This document shows, in pieces, positions 1-12,297 of a stretch of 64,000 bases of DNA; positions within the stretch are counted from its first letter, which is position 1, and each line of letters opens with the position of its first letter. Made by a program: the position numbers and the translations under genes. Source of the stretch: Octopus sinensis. Its lineage: Eukaryota. The notes below the pieces were generated by a model. That model searched no databases, was not told the DNA's origin, and worked only from the letters and a program-made list of their open reading frames with translations. The DNA is taken from assembly GCF_006345805.1 (NCBI RefSeq), contig NC_042998.1, forward strand, positions 51,274,001 to 51,338,000, in the 5' to 3' direction.

Positions 1-9
1 TTGGAAGAA

Positions 10-174
10 GGGGCTAATCAATTACATCAAACCCTTGTGCTAAATTGGTACTTATTTCATTGACCCTGAAAATATGAAAGGCAAAGTTGACCACAGTAGA
101 ATGTAAAGATGGGACAAAATAACGTTAAGCATTTTGTCCATGCACAAACAATTCTACCAGCTCACCACCTTAAC

Positions 175-213
<39 letters not shown>

Positions 214-590
214 CCTTTCAGCTAAAGACACAAAGCCTGAAATTTAGGGGGAGAGGGGCAGTTCAGGGCCAGTCCCAGGAATTTTTCAACAGGAGGACAC
301 AAGGTCAGAAGGGAATACAATTCCAGGAGAAAAGAGCATAATAAAATTATTTAGAAGGGTGAACTTCTTTTCTTGAGTGGGTTCATGTGCCCCTCAGACT
401 CCTCCTTGGGTTTGTTCCTGTAGTTGATTACATCAACCCCAATGTTCAACATGTACTTATTTCATCAACACTGAAAGAGTGAAATGCAAAGTTGACCTCT
501 GTAGAATTTGAACTCAGAATGTAAATATGGATGAAATACCCCTCAGCATTTTGTTCAGCATTCTAAAAATTATACTAGCAGGATTATCTT
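10..590 (-). mobile_element. Two decayed copies of SINE family B (approx. 10-172 and 410-590) separated by (TAA)n
   Basis: Reverse complement of the family B body (GGTACTTATTTC..GACCC..GAAAGGCAAAGTTGACC..GAATTTGAACTCAG), matching the intact copy at 26063-26292. Confidence 0.7.
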
Positions 591-800
591 AACAGCATTA
601 TAGGTCTCCAGTTAAATCAATGCATCAGTATTTATTTATTGACTGTAATCCACAATATATACTAGTGCAAATAAATGCACTAGATCCTATGGTATTTATT
701 TATTGACAGCAAACCACAGTATACATAGATCAGAATTAGGCTCTTAGACCTGTGAGGTCGCCAGATAACTGCCCAGTGAACCCACGCCTTAAGCCAGCAC

Positions 801-1206
801 TCTTTTACTCCTTTACTCTTTTACTTGTTTCAGTCATGTGACTGCAGCCATGCTGGAGCACCGCCTTTAGTCGAACAAATCAACCCCAAGACTTATTCTT
901 TGTAAGCATAGTACTTATTCTATCAGTCTCTTTTGCTGAACCGCTAAATTACAGGGATGTAAACACACCAGCATTGGTTGTCAAGCGATGTTGGGAGGAC
1001 AAACACAGACATACAAACACACACACCCATATATATACATATATATGACAGGCTTCTTTCAGTTTCCATCTACCAAATCCACTCACAAGGATTTGGTCAG
1101 CCCGAGGCTATAGTAGAAGACACTTGCCCAAGGTGCCACGCAGTGGGACTGAACCTGGAACCATGTGGTTGGTAAGCAAGCTACTTACTACACAGCCACT
1201 GCTGCC
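801..1206 (-). mobile_element. tRNA-headed SINE family A, full length
   Basis: Minus strand starts GGCAGCAGTGGCTGTGTAG (A box) with GGTTCAGTCCC (B box); body and AAAAGAGT-type tail match 14063-14464 and 48119-48560. Confidence 0.85.
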
Positions 1207-1785
1207 ATAATTGTTCCAACTTTGTCTCTTATCATCAGAAACTTTGTGAGTCAGTGACTGGCCTGTTGGAAGCCTGTCACTAATGCCTCTATTGTTCACA
1301 AAATGTGACATAAGTACAAAAAGAAAAGAAATGAGAAAGAATTTATGGGTTGGCTTAAAGTTACCAAGTAAAAAAAATAGCATGCTATCAAAGGATTGCC
1401 ATATCATCTATAATTTTTACCTCCTGCTGCTTAGACAACCAATTGAATTAGATCTAGTTACTGAAGTAACAAATTGAACAAATCTACAAGAGAGCCTCTA
1501 AATGATCACTCAGCCTGCTAGAAATAACAATAAAATATTCTTCAAATTACATCCTATTACCTTTAAAAGAGAATACATTAGATAATGTAGTTTGTGATAT
1601 GCAAAAAGACTGGATGGTCAAAATCTTTGATGATGAATTTGTTTTAGTCTAGAGCTGACTTGGGTCCATACAGCAACTAACTATCTACAATATTTATAAC
1701 AATACTATATTTCAACAAAACCATAACTATAATTACAAGCATGGTTCTGTAAATGATTTCTAACAAAGGTACATGGCTATACATC

Positions 1786-1975
1786 ATCATCATCATCGTT
1801 TAACATCCGTTTTCCGTGCTAGCACAGGTTGGACGGTTTGACCGGGATCTGGGAAGGTAGGAGGCTGCACCATGCTCCAGTCTGATCTGGCAGTGTTTCT
1901 ACAGCTGGATGCCCTTCCTAATGCCAACCACTCCATGAGTGCAGTTGGTGCTTTTTACGTGCCACCTGCACAGGT
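1786..1975 (-). mobile_element. 5'-truncated RTE LINE 3' end (family C)
   Basis: (CAT)n then CGTTTAACATCCGTTTTCCGTGCTAGC...CAGCTGGATGCCCTTCCTAATGCC; the same sequence is contiguous with RTE coding sequence at 53745-54600. Confidence 0.8.
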
Positions 1976-2569
1976 ATCACTACTACAATTTCCATTTGAT
2001 ATTTATTTTGATGTTGATGTTTTAAATAAAAAGGAGTTTCACATATGTACTCAAGAAGAACTTTGATTATCTAAGATTATCTGTGCAATAAGGAAATAAA
2101 ACCTTCTTGCACTGTTTGAAATTTAAAAGCAAGAGGAATAACTTCAATAAAATTTAAAATTTTCAGATGCTATAAGCAATGCAGACTAGAGAGAAGCCAA
2201 TCTTTAAAGCTAACTGATGTCAGTAATGGACATGTTTTGATCTTATGAGACCTTTTCACTGGAGCATACCTTACTCAGTTGGTAAAACTACTAGTGACCA
2301 GTGGTCAAAACAAAAAGGCATTTCTTTTTATGTAAAATATATAAAAACAAGTTTTTATTGTATCAGTGTTGATCAGTTTTAAAATCATCATGTATCTGTT
2401 TCTAGTTAGCTTATTACTGATATCTGTATTAAATATGAACATGAGTAATGAATAAGGAACTCCAAGGCTACATTGATACCTACCCAAGGTTTCTCATGAG
2501 GGCTCAAGATATCTCATAACATCAACACATGACTGAAGAGGAAATTTATAGATATATAAACATAAATGG

Positions 2570-2921
2570 AATGGAAATTGTAGCTGTGATACCAGTGCCG
2601 GTGGTACGTAAGAGAACCATCTGAACGTGGCCATTGCCAGCGCCATCCCGACTGGCCTCTGTGCAGGTGGCACGTAAAAAGCACCATCTGATCATGGCCG
2701 TTTGCCAGCCTCGTCTGGCACCTGTGCCGGTGGCATGTAAAAAGCACCCACTACACTCATGGAGTGGTTGGCGTTGGGAAAGGCATCCAGCTGTAGAAAC
2801 ACTGCCAGATCAGATTGGAGCCTGGTGCAGCCTCCTGGCTTCCCAGACCCCGGTCGAACCGTCCAATCCATGCTAGCATGGAAAGCAGACGTTAAACGAT
2901 GATGATGATGATGATGATGAT
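2570..2921 (+). mobile_element. 5'-truncated RTE LINE 3' end (family C)
   Basis: GGCACGTAAAAAGCACC modules, GAAAGGCATCCAGCTGTAGAAAC, ends GTTAAAC(GAT)n. Confidence 0.8.
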
Positions 2922-2929
2922 TTACCTAT

Positions 2930-3400
2930 CCTTACTATTCCAACCCAATACTGGGTAGATTTTTGCCAGCCACTGCTATTGTGCTAAACATCAGACCATA
3001 CTTTATAAATTATTGAAGTCGCAAATTGCTAAAAGCAAAATTGATTGCTCATAGAAAGAAGCTTTCCCCACAATGAATGTCTTCTGTAAGATTCAGCTGT
3101 GAATTAAGCCAATTGAATATTTATCTTAATCTTACCAACCAGCACCAAGTTTCTTCTATGTGAAGATGAGATGTCAGGTTTTTTGATCCTTCATCTGTTA
3201 CCTCAAATCTTTCATATACTTTACTGACATCATCTTCATTTCATGTAAATCACAGATTTAAAGACATTATGACTTACATTATTTCATTCAGTCTCCTCCA
3301 CACCACCATGCCCCATATTAATCCATAATTGATATTTTGTTTTATTATCAAATCCAATGAAGAATGTTGCAATCCTGGGAAAGAAGAATTTGAAGTAATG
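2930..3400 (-). pseudogene. Highly decayed DDE-integrase-like remnant (possibly Ginger/SCAND3-type)
   Basis: Minus-strand translation KTKYQLWINMGHGGVEETE* resembles the HxxxGHxGxxxT zinc-binding motif that precedes integrase cores; downstream frames are broken by stops. Family assignment is by eye only. Confidence 0.3.
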
Positions 3401-3679
3401 TTGTGTAAAGTGAGGAGATAAGAGGAGAGACAAGGTATTAGTTGATGCAAAAGTTCATTAATCCCAAGGAATAGAATTCATTGTAGTAATGGTAGAAAAG
3501 GTGGAGGCTTTACACAGTATAATGGTACACTAATGGATGTAATGTGTAGGTCAGTAAAGGTTTACAATTTATCTGGATGACCCATTTTCCAGATGCAGTC
3601 TATCTAGAACGTTTGTAAAATCATAGCACCATCCCAGATACAATAGTAGCATTCTAAAATGAACACAAATTTATGTCCC

Positions 3680-3930
3680 AATAATCCTTTCAACTAATGG
3701 CACAAGGCCTGAAATTTGAGGGGAAGGGACTAGTTGATTACATTGACACTAGCGTTTCACAGGTACTTGATTTATTGACCCCAAAAGGACGAAAGGCTAA
3801 GTTGATCTCAGCAGAATTTGAACTCAGGATGTAGCCACAGGTGAAATACTGCTAAGCACTTCATCCAGTGTGCTAATGATTCTACCAGCTTGCTGCCTTG
3901 AGTCCAGCATGCTAATGATTCTGCCAGCTC
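3680..3930 (-). mobile_element. SINE family B
   Basis: GGTACTTGATTTATTGACCCCAAAAGGACGAAAGGCTAAGTTGATCTCAGCAGAATTTGAACTCAG, reverse complement of family B. Confidence 0.75.
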
Positions 3931-4498
3931 ATTTCTTACCCTTGTAGAGAGTCAGAAATTGTTCAGGGCTAAAGTAGTGTCTGGCTCTGATGAGAAAAAT
4001 CTGGCTTTTGATTATGTTACATATGTGAAGGTACCTTTGAAGATTGTGATGCAAGATCATTGAAGATTGTTATGGATTTAGTTGTATGTTGTTTGTGAGT
4101 CAAGTACATATAGTGTTGTTAGTATTTTCCCTTGATATTTCTAATGACTGTGTCCTAGTGTTTTGGATGAGACAAAGTTATTTTGTATTGATTTCTAAAA
4201 CATTGATGTATGATATAGAATTATCGTGTATATATGTTTGAAGGCTTTAAACTATCCTAAAATAGTGAAATAAATACATACAATAAGGTCAGAAAATTTT
4301 CCAAAATAAGATGCTATAAAGTAAACAGTATTCTATGGTGTGTAATGTGCATCTTTGAGATGAGGGAGCGATTATTTGTCAGATAAAAAGGCAAGTGAAA
4401 ATCTAAAATTGCTTACTAAAAACTTATTTCAACAAGCTATATCTCATAAATCACCCAGTAACCTACTAGAAAATTAAATTAACACACACACATATTTA

Positions 4499-4536
4499 TG
4501 TATATATATATATATGTATGTGTGTGTATGTATGTA

Positions 4537-4569
<33 letters not shown>

Positions 4570-4570
4570 G

Positions 4571-4650
<80 letters not shown>
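4499..4650. repeat. Compound (TA)n/(TG)n/(TATG)n microsatellite
   Basis: Directly visible. Confidence 0.95.
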
Positions 4651-4653
<3 letters not shown>

Positions 4654-4966
4654 GGTTTCTTGAGAAAAAGGAAATTCTGATTTGAGAATTTGTTTCCAAC
4701 AAATACAAAATATAATTTTTTACATGTAATAAAAATAATTATTAACTAAGCCGAAAGGAATTCCTAAACAGACACTCACATTTCTTAATGGATTTTTTTT
4801 TTTCGCACTTTCTTCTGCCATTTTAATTTTACATGTATCACATTTTATAATGCTATAAGTTTGAGGTATGGCAAATGTTATTCAACAGTTCCTGTTTTGC
4901 TTTATGTTTTCCAATACATTTGCTTGCCTCATCCTTCATTCTTTAGAATATGCTCATAGTCACATA

Positions 4967-4982
4967 TTATTATTATTATTAA

Positions 4983-5032
<50 letters not shown>

Positions 5033-5058
5033 TTATTATTATTATTATCATTATTATT
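4967..5058. repeat. (TAT)n microsatellite
   Basis: Directly visible; source of the poly-Leu ORF at 4868-5167. Confidence 0.95.
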
Positions 5059-5500
5059 AATTTTTTTGCAAGTAAATTTTATTTTTTTACTATCATTTGC
5101 TTCTTATTTTGCAAGAAGTTTCATCTTTGTGCAGTCATTGTCCATATTTATCAGCGCTGTCTGCTAGACCACTCGAGGTTTTTCATTATCTGTGTCATAA
5201 TCTTCTATTCGTTAAAGCTTTGGAAAATCTAGAAATCATTTTTATATAAGATCTACTTTTAGACTGAGCTGCTTATGACCAAAGAGCAGCTGATATTATT
5301 CATGTGGTCACTAAGGTAGTTTTTGTATTTTGTTATTTCTTTATATATAAGTTAGAGAATGAAGGACAAACATTTGGATGCTTTTTTAGATTGTGAAGAT
5401 TGATGTGTCTGATGCCCAGCTTAAACATCTGCAGATCAGTGACTGTAGAAAAATGTGTGCTTGGAACCACAATCTAAACAGATGCAGAATGTAATTGGTA

Positions 5501-6020
5501 TAGGCGTGGCTACATGGTGAAAAGTTTGCTTTTCAACTACATGGTTCTAGGTTCAGTCCCACTGCATGGTACCACCTGGCAGGTGTCTTCATCTGTAGCC
5601 TTGTGTTGACCATAAGATTTCGTGAGTGGATTTGGTAGACAGAAACTGAAAGAATCCTGCCATCAAAAAATCAAATGAAAATTGTAGTTGGGATACCTGT
5701 GCCGGTGGCATGTAAAAAGCGCCATCCGAACGTGGCCGATGCCAGTGCCGCCTTGAATGGCTTCCGTGCCAGTGGCATGTAAAAAGCACCAACTGATTGT
5801 GGCCATTGCCAGCCTCCCCTGGCACCTGTGCCGGTGGTATGTAAAAAGCACCCACTACACTCATGGAGTGGTTGGCGTTAGGAAGGGCATCCAGCTGTAG
5901 AAACACTGCCTGATCAGACTGGAGCCTGGTGCAGCCTCCTGGCTTCCCAGATCCCAGCTGAACCGTCCAACCCATGCTAGCATGGAAAACGAATGTTAAA
6001 CGATGATGATGATGATGATG
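5501..6020 (+). mobile_element. SINE family A 5' half (5501-5658) followed by RTE 3' end family C (5690-6020)
   Basis: tRNA-like head GGCGTGGCTACATGG..GGTTCAGTCCC, then repeated GGCATGTAAAAAGCACC modules and a (GAT)n tail. Confidence 0.8.
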
Positions 6021-6057
<37 letters not shown>

Positions 6058-6089
6058 ATATACACATATATACATATATATCTATACAT

Positions 6090-7236
6090 CAAACGGCTGG
6101 GTGGAATTGCGCAAAAAATTACACTGATGTGCAGAATGATCTGGTGGTGGCCAGATAAGATGTTCAACTTCACTAGAATGTTCCTCGTACCATTCAGTAA
6201 TAAATTTAGCTGTGTGAATTGATGCATTATTATCCTGAAAGATTGTGTATCCTTCCAGAAATAGTTCCGCTACCTTAGGATGAATTTGATCAGATAAAAT
6301 GCTTAAATAGTTTTGACTATTAATTCTGCCATGAAGGGAAGCTATTGGGTCGGTAGATTTCCAAGATATAGTCCCCACCCCACCCCCCAGATCATCACAA
6401 ATCCTCCTCCATGTTTAACAGTTGGAAGAAGGCAGTCTGGGTCAAATGCTTCTTTTGGCTATCTCCACATGTATACTCAGCCGGTGGTCAGAAATAAGGT
6501 AAAGGACGACACCTCTGAGAAAATAACATTCCTCCACTGCTCTGGGGACCAATTCTGTAGGTTTTTACTCCACTCTAAATGCTTTGCAACGTTTGTTTTT
6601 GAAAGTGGTAGTTTTCTGATTGCAGTCCTCCCATGAAATCCAGCTTTTTGCAGTTCCTGGCGAACAGTTTTTGTGGAAACTAGGTTCATGAGGTGGTCAT
6701 TAAGCTCTGCAGTAATTTTGGGAGCTGTACTTTTGTGATCCTTTCTAACAATTCATGTAAGAGTCCAACAGACCCTATTTGAAAATTTTGGTTTTCTTCT
6801 GGAGTTTTGTTTTGACAAGAAGGTTTTTCCCTCTTTCTCAAAGGCTGTTATTACTTTAGAGACAGTACTTCTTACATTATTTACATTATTTACATTCAAC
6901 GGATATTTGTCCTCATTTTGTTTGTTGTTAAGACGTTTCGGCTGATATACCCTCCTGCCTTCTTCAGGTGTCTTGGGGAAATTTCGAACTGGGGTTCTCA
7001 TTCCTAAGGTATTTTTCGATGTTATTATTATTATTATTTTTTTATTATTATTATTATTATTATTAATATTATTATTGTTATTGTTCAGGTCACTGCTTGG
7101 AATCGAACTTGGAATCTTGGGGTTTGTAGCCTGTGCTCTTAACCACTACGCCATATGTACTTCTTGATACACCAAACATTTCAGCTGTTTTCATTATGCT
7201 AACACCTACTAATTGAAAGTCCAATAGATCTGTCAT
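6090..7236 (-). mobile_element. Decayed Tc1-like transposase, split by an insertion at 6874-7156
   Basis: Frameshifted peptides MTDLLDFQ..TAEMFGVSRST / VSKVITAFEKEGKT / LQKAGFHGRTAIRK..WRNVIFSEVSSF / TIFQDNNASIHTAK..EHLIWPP match the Tc1 HTH and DD34E regions. Confidence 0.85.
6874..7156 (-). mobile_element. tRNA-headed SINE with hammerhead-like tail and 9-bp TSD
   Basis: A box TGGCGTAGTGG, B box AGTTCGATTCC, internal (AAT)n, tail (TGTAAATAA)n; flanked by GTACTTCTT at 6865-6873 and 7157-7165. Confidence 0.85.
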
Positions 7237-7448
7237 TTTAATGAATTTTAATTACCTTTTTCTGATAATATCTGAAAAGAAACAGCAATTTTAGCAAAGC
7301 ATATTAAGCAACACTAATAATAAATCGAAAAACATAAAAATAAACAAGCTTTTGATGGTTTTATAGATATTTCAAAATTATGATGCTAGGTGTTTCCATT
7401 ATTTTGTCCAACTCTTTTATGTGTGTGTGTGTGTGTGTATATATATAC

Positions 7449-7612
7449 AGGCACAGGAGTGGCTGTGTGGCAAGTAGCTTGCTTCCCAACTACATGGTTC
7501 CTGGTTCAATCCCATTGCATAGCACCTTGGGCAAGTGTCTTCTACTATAGCCTTGGGCCAAGCAAAGCTTTGTGAGTGGATTTGGTAGACAGATACTGAA
7601 AGATGCCTGTTA
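7449..7612 (+). mobile_element. SINE family A, 5' half
   Basis: GGCACAGGAGTGGCTGTGTGG head, GGTTCAATCCC B box. Confidence 0.85.
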
Positions 7613-7620
7613 TACATATA

Positions 7621-7944
7621 TATATATATAAAATTTTTAAAAAAAACACCTTTTATCAATTCAAAATGAACAATTAAATTACACCATCTAAAAAATTACA
7701 TATAATAGAAATATCAAAATTAAAATAACTATAAAAAGTCAATGATTAAGTAAATTGCAATAAATATTAATAAAACCTATTATATACGTTTTTATTAATA
7801 TTTTTTGCAATTTACTTAATCATTGATTTTTTATTGCTATTTTAATTTTAATATTTCTATTATATGTAATTTTCTAGATGGTGTAATTTAATTGTTCATT
7901 TTGAATTGATAAAAGGTGGGTTTTTTCTAATTTTTTATATATAT
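7621..7944. repeat. Near-perfect AT-rich palindrome / foldback element
   Basis: Arms of about 155 bp (e.g. CACCTTTTATCAATTCAAAATGAACAATTAAATTACACCATCT vs AGATGGTGTAATTTAATTGTTCATTTTGAATTGATAAAAGGTG) around an ~11-nt spacer at 7777-7787. Confidence 0.9.
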
Positions 7945-8046
7945 ATTATATTGTGTGAAATTTGATTTAGTATTTCTAAATTGAATTTTTTTTCTTTGTA
8001 AGTTTGGATTTTATTCCCTCAAATAATAATTATATATATATATATA

Positions 8047-8346
8047 TCACCGTGATCGACCAGGCTATCAAATGTTGCTACACATCGCTGGTCACAATGT
8101 GCTTCGCATTGTTTTAGCCTTCAAATGACGCCACCCCGCTGGCTAAGCAAGCAGGCCAACAGAAGAAAGAGTGAGAGAAAGTTGTAGTGAAAGAGTACAG
8201 CAGGGATCGCCGCCACCCCCTGCCGTAGCTTCGTGGAGCTTTAGGTGTTTTCGCTCAATAAACACTCACAACGCCTGGTCTGGGAATCGAAACCGCGATC
8301 CTACAACCGCGAGTCCGCTGCCCTAACCACTGGGCCATTGCTCCTC

Positions 8347-8347
<1 letters not shown>
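8047..8347 (-). mobile_element. tRNA-headed SINE family E (CpG-rich, young)
   Basis: Minus strand GGAGGAGCAATGGCCCAGTGGTTAGGGCAGCGGACTCGCGG..GGTTTCGATTCCC; flanked by (TA)n and (CA)n. Confidence 0.8.
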
Positions 8348-8383
<36 letters not shown>

Positions 8384-8388
8384 TATAT

Positions 8389-8433
<45 letters not shown>

Positions 8434-8441
8434 TATATATA

Positions 8442-8754
8442 TCATCATCATCATCATCATCGTTTAACATCTGTTCTCCATGCTAGCATGAGTTGGACGG
8501 TTTGACCGGGGATCTGGGAAGCCAGAAGGCTGCACCAGGCTCCAGTCTTATCTGGCAATGTTTCTACAGCTGGATGCCCTTCCTAACGCCAACCACTCCG
8601 TGAGTGTAGTGGGTGCTTTTTACATGCCACCCGCACAGGTGCCAGGCGAGGCTGGCAATGGCCACGGTCGGATTGGTGCATTTTACATGCCACCGGCACG
8701 GAAGCCAGTCGAGGCGGCGCTGGCATCGGCTACGATTTGGATAGTGCTTTTTAC

Positions 8755-8755
<1 letters not shown>
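8442..8755 (-). mobile_element. RTE 3' end (family C)
   Basis: (CAT)n + CGTTTAACATCTGTTCTCCATGCTAGC and repeated TTTTACATGCCACC modules. Confidence 0.8.
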
Positions 8756-8788
<33 letters not shown>

Positions 8789-8802
8789 ATATATACAGCT
8801 TA

Positions 8803-9005
8803 TGTGTGTCTGTGTTTGTCCCCCACCATTGGTGTGTTCACATTCCCATAACTTAGTGTTCAGCAAAAGAGACCAATAGAGTAAGTATCAGGCTTAAAAA
8901 GAAAAAAATGTTCTGAGGTTAATACATTCAACTAGAATTCTTCAAGGCTGTGCCCCAGCATTGCCACCATCTAATGACTGAAACAAGTAAAAGTCAAAAG
9001 AAAGA
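8803..9005 (+). mobile_element. SINE family A, 3' half
   Basis: TGTGTTTGTCCCCC..AACTTAG..GCAAAAGAGACCAATAGA..AATGACTGAAACAAGTAAAAG. Confidence 0.7.
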
Positions 9006-9198
9006 TTGCTTATAGATACCCAAAGGTTTGGTAGTCATGTTAAAGTAAACAATGTGTAAAGCCTATGACTCAGGAATTTGGTCTAACTACATCTGTTTAA
9101 TAACTCTACTCAGAGAAATACACATACCTCATATCTCAATTATGCAGATGCCTTAAAACTCTGGGGTAGCTTTTTCTTTATCCTGCCCTCACATTGCT

Positions 9199-9400
9199 GT
9201 GGAGGCACATCACTTAGTGCTTAGGGTGTTCGGTTTATGATTGTAAGATTGTGGTTTAGATTCCCGGACAGGGGTGATGGCAAAAATGAGTAATCCTGCA
9301 ACGGACCAGCGTCCCGTTGATGTGGGGAATGTATAAGCCATGGAAAACAGGAAAGCAGCCCTATGAGTCCACATGACTTGAGACAGGACCCACAGTGTTA
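9199..9400 (+). mobile_element. Decayed tRNA-headed SINE
   Basis: GGAGGCACATCACTTAGTGCTTAGGG..GGTTTAGATTCCCGG resembles degenerate A and B boxes. Confidence 0.5.
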
Positions 9401-9707
9401 AGTGAATATAAAATATAGATCCTCCTGAAAAGGGAACCTGTCAGATGTTGACATTCTCTGATGATTTGATATTTGGTGAATCAGAACTAAGTACTCAAGA
9501 ATAACATGTTCTACTTAGAACCACAACCAGACACTTGCAGTAGATTCCAAATCATAAAACAATGGATCATTAGTCTCATCAACTTAGCCATTTCACCATT
9601 ACATCCCTGATATGCCATCTTCCAAGTGATTTTTAAGCATGGGTGATTGCATGAAGTACAACACCAAAAGTCAGTGCATGCTGGATTTATTTTATAATCA
9701 ACTCTTT

Positions 9708-9988
9708 AAGCCTTGTGAGTGGATTTGGTAGACGGAAACTGAAAGAAGCCCATCGTATATATGTATGTGCATGTGTTTATGTGTTTGTGTTTGTCCCCCC
9801 CCAACATCGCTTGACAACCGATGCTGGTGTGTTTACGTCCCCGTAACTTAGCGGTTCGGCAAAAGAGACCGATAGAATAAGTACTAGGCTTACAAAGAAT
9901 AAGTCCTGGGGTCGATTTGCTCGACTAAAGGTGGTGCTCCAGCATGGCCACAGTCAAATGGCTGAAACAAGTAAAAGAGTAAAAGAGT
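9708..9988 (+). mobile_element. SINE family A, 5'-truncated, young
   Basis: CpG-intact body (GCGGTTCGGCAAAAGAGACCGATAG; GGGGTCGATTTGCTCGAC) and AAAAGAGT tail. Confidence 0.85.
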
Positions 9989-10409
9989 AACCAAAGGTTG
10001 TAGTTTACTGATGAGGTCTCATTGTGCATAATCTTAGGGGTGGGGTGTCTTCTACAATAGTCTCAGGTCAGCCAAAACTTGCAAGAAAATCTGTGTTGAT
10101 GGAAACAGCACAAGAAGTTAGTCAGATGTACTGTAGCTAAGTCTTGACTGGTCTTATTATTGCACTGCTTGATTTAGCACCACTGTCTATCTGTTGACAG
10201 TCTTTAGTGGAAGTCTACTCTGCTGCAAGTATTTGGTCTCAGTGACCGATTTAAAGATAACTTGAAATTTTGGTGAACTGCTTCCTATGGCAGCAACCCA
10301 TGAGTCTCTACAAGTCTCAGAAGTCTTGTAAAACGTTATATGGGATTCCTGCTCTACCAATAACTATCCCCCACCCAACCATATAAGAACATGACTAGAA
10401 CATCCTTAA

Positions 10410-10630
10410 CCCTTTCGTTACCAACCCCTGCTGAAACTGGCTCTGGCTCTGAGTACAAATGTCTTGTTTTCATAAGTTTTGAATAAAATTCTTCCACCAA
10501 AACTTAGTCACAATTTATGTTCCTAACACTAGCTTAAAGATAACTAAGTTATTTTACTAAATTCTTTGTTATAGTTAAAGTAATGGAAAGAAACACAGAG
10601 CATCTCAAAATAAATACAGTGATAAAAGCA
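10410..10630. mobile_element. piggyBac-like MITE
   Basis: TTAA at 10406-10409 and 10631-10634; left end CCCTTTCGTTACC, right end degenerate (GTGATAAAAGCA). Confidence 0.6.
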
Positions 10631-10701
10631 TTAAAACAAGTATTCTTTCCTAAAGCACTTTTGTAAATAAAGCAGATTTTGATGAGCTTGCATTATGTTA
10701 A

Positions 10702-11130
10702 AGGTGCAGGCATAATTGTGTGGTTGAGTAGCTCACTTTGCAATGAGGTGGCTTCATGTTCAGTCTTGATGAGTGGCACTTTGGGTAAGTGCCATTTACT
10801 ACAGCCCCAGGCTGACCAAAAGCTTGTGAGTTAATTTGGTAGACAGAAACTGTGTGGAAGCCCATTGTATATATGTATGCGTGCACATGTTGCATGTGTG
10901 TGTGTGGGTGTCTTTGTGTTTGCCTCACCACCACCACCACCATTTGACAACCAGTGTCAGTTTGTTTACATCCCCATAACTTAGCAGTTTGGCAAAAAGA
11001 ACAAACAGAATAAGTACCAAACTTTAAAAACAAGTACTGGGGTAGATTTGTTCCATTAAATGCTTAAAATCTGTGCGCCCAGTAAGGCTGCAGACCAATG
11101 ACTGAAGCAAGTAAAAGATAAAAGATAAAA
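10702..11130 (+). mobile_element. SINE family A, older full-length copy
   Basis: Degenerate head GGTGCAGGCATAATTGTGTGG; family A body; AAAAGAT tail. Confidence 0.75.
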
Positions 11131-11199
11131 AATGCAAAATTGTTAAGAAAATGTTACAATGAAACAAAGAGAATTGCTAACATAAAATTTGACAACCTT

Positions 11200-11600
11200 A
11201 TTTATTCATGCAGCTCATTTAGAAAAGGTCCTCTGAATTATCTGCATAAAGTAGAAACTATTTAATACGGCGTTCTTCTAAGTATTGGTTAACCTCCGTT
11301 CTATTTTGGTCAGTTTCAGCTTCTTTGGGGTTTGCTTTTCTTATCTGCTGGCAAATGTTATAGTTTGAAGTTTAAAATTTTGGATGTTTTCCAGATTAGT
11401 TTACTTCAGGCCTTTAATGGATAATTGGAACATCTGATAAAACGCTGAATGAAAAGATCAATAAACCATAAAGGTCCAATTCATATCCCCTACACCAATA
11501 TATAATTTTATACAATTTCAATCCTAAGTAACTTTTTTTTAGCTTTTTCTTGTTTTACCAATGATTTGGTTGTTTCAGGTTTTTTTCTCCCCGTCAGGTT
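11200..11600 (-). pseudogene. Very decayed Tc1-like transposase C-terminal fragment
   Basis: Minus-strand pieces GI*IGPLWFID and VNQYLEERRIK*FLLYADNSEDL loosely match the Tc1 GxGPLxFI and WLxxxxIxxLxWPxxSPDL motifs. Confidence 0.3.
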
Positions 11601-11865
11601 TTTTTTCATTTTCGAAATGTATATTTTTTTTTTCTTTTACCAAATGCAATAAATATGAGAACATATATATGAGTAAAATGTTAAACATGGGGAAGAAAAA
11701 TAAATATATAATATGAAAAGAAAAATTTTGTTTTCCATAATTTTGAAACTATCATAGAAACTGGCATGGGAAAATAAACAAAACATATCTATAATAATAT
11801 TATAAAATATTTTGCTAAAAAACAGTAAATGAATTTTAAAATGTTTCATATTTGAAGGTAGGTTA

Positions 11866-11873
11866 TGATATAT

Positions 11874-11904
<31 letters not shown>

Positions 11905-12202
11905 CATGCACACACACACACAAACACACATATGTATATATATATGTGTGTGTGTATGTGTATATGTATATATATCTCTATGTATAAATATATATATATA
12001 TATGCATTTGTGTATATATATATATTTATGCATATATATGTGTATATGTGTATGTGTATATATATATATATATATATGCATATATATATATATATGTGTG
12101 TGTATATGTATGTGTGTGTATATATATGCATATATGTGTGTGTTTATATATATATATATATGTGAGTGTATATATACATGTATATATGTATGTGTGTGAG
12201 TG

Positions 12203-12239
<37 letters not shown>

Positions 12240-12297
12240 CATCATCATCAGTAATGTGTGTGTGTGTGTTGATGTGTGTGTGTGTGTGTGTGTGTGT
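11866..12297. repeat. Long compound (TA)/(TG)/(CA) microsatellite
   Basis: Directly visible; generates several overlapping spurious ORFs. Confidence 0.95.

Noticed and set aside
3278-3374. Minus-strand candidate exon with TTTCCCAG acceptor and GTAAGT donor
   Set aside because: One frame is open but unrecognisable, and another frame gives an integrase-like GHGG motif, so a transposon relic is more likely.
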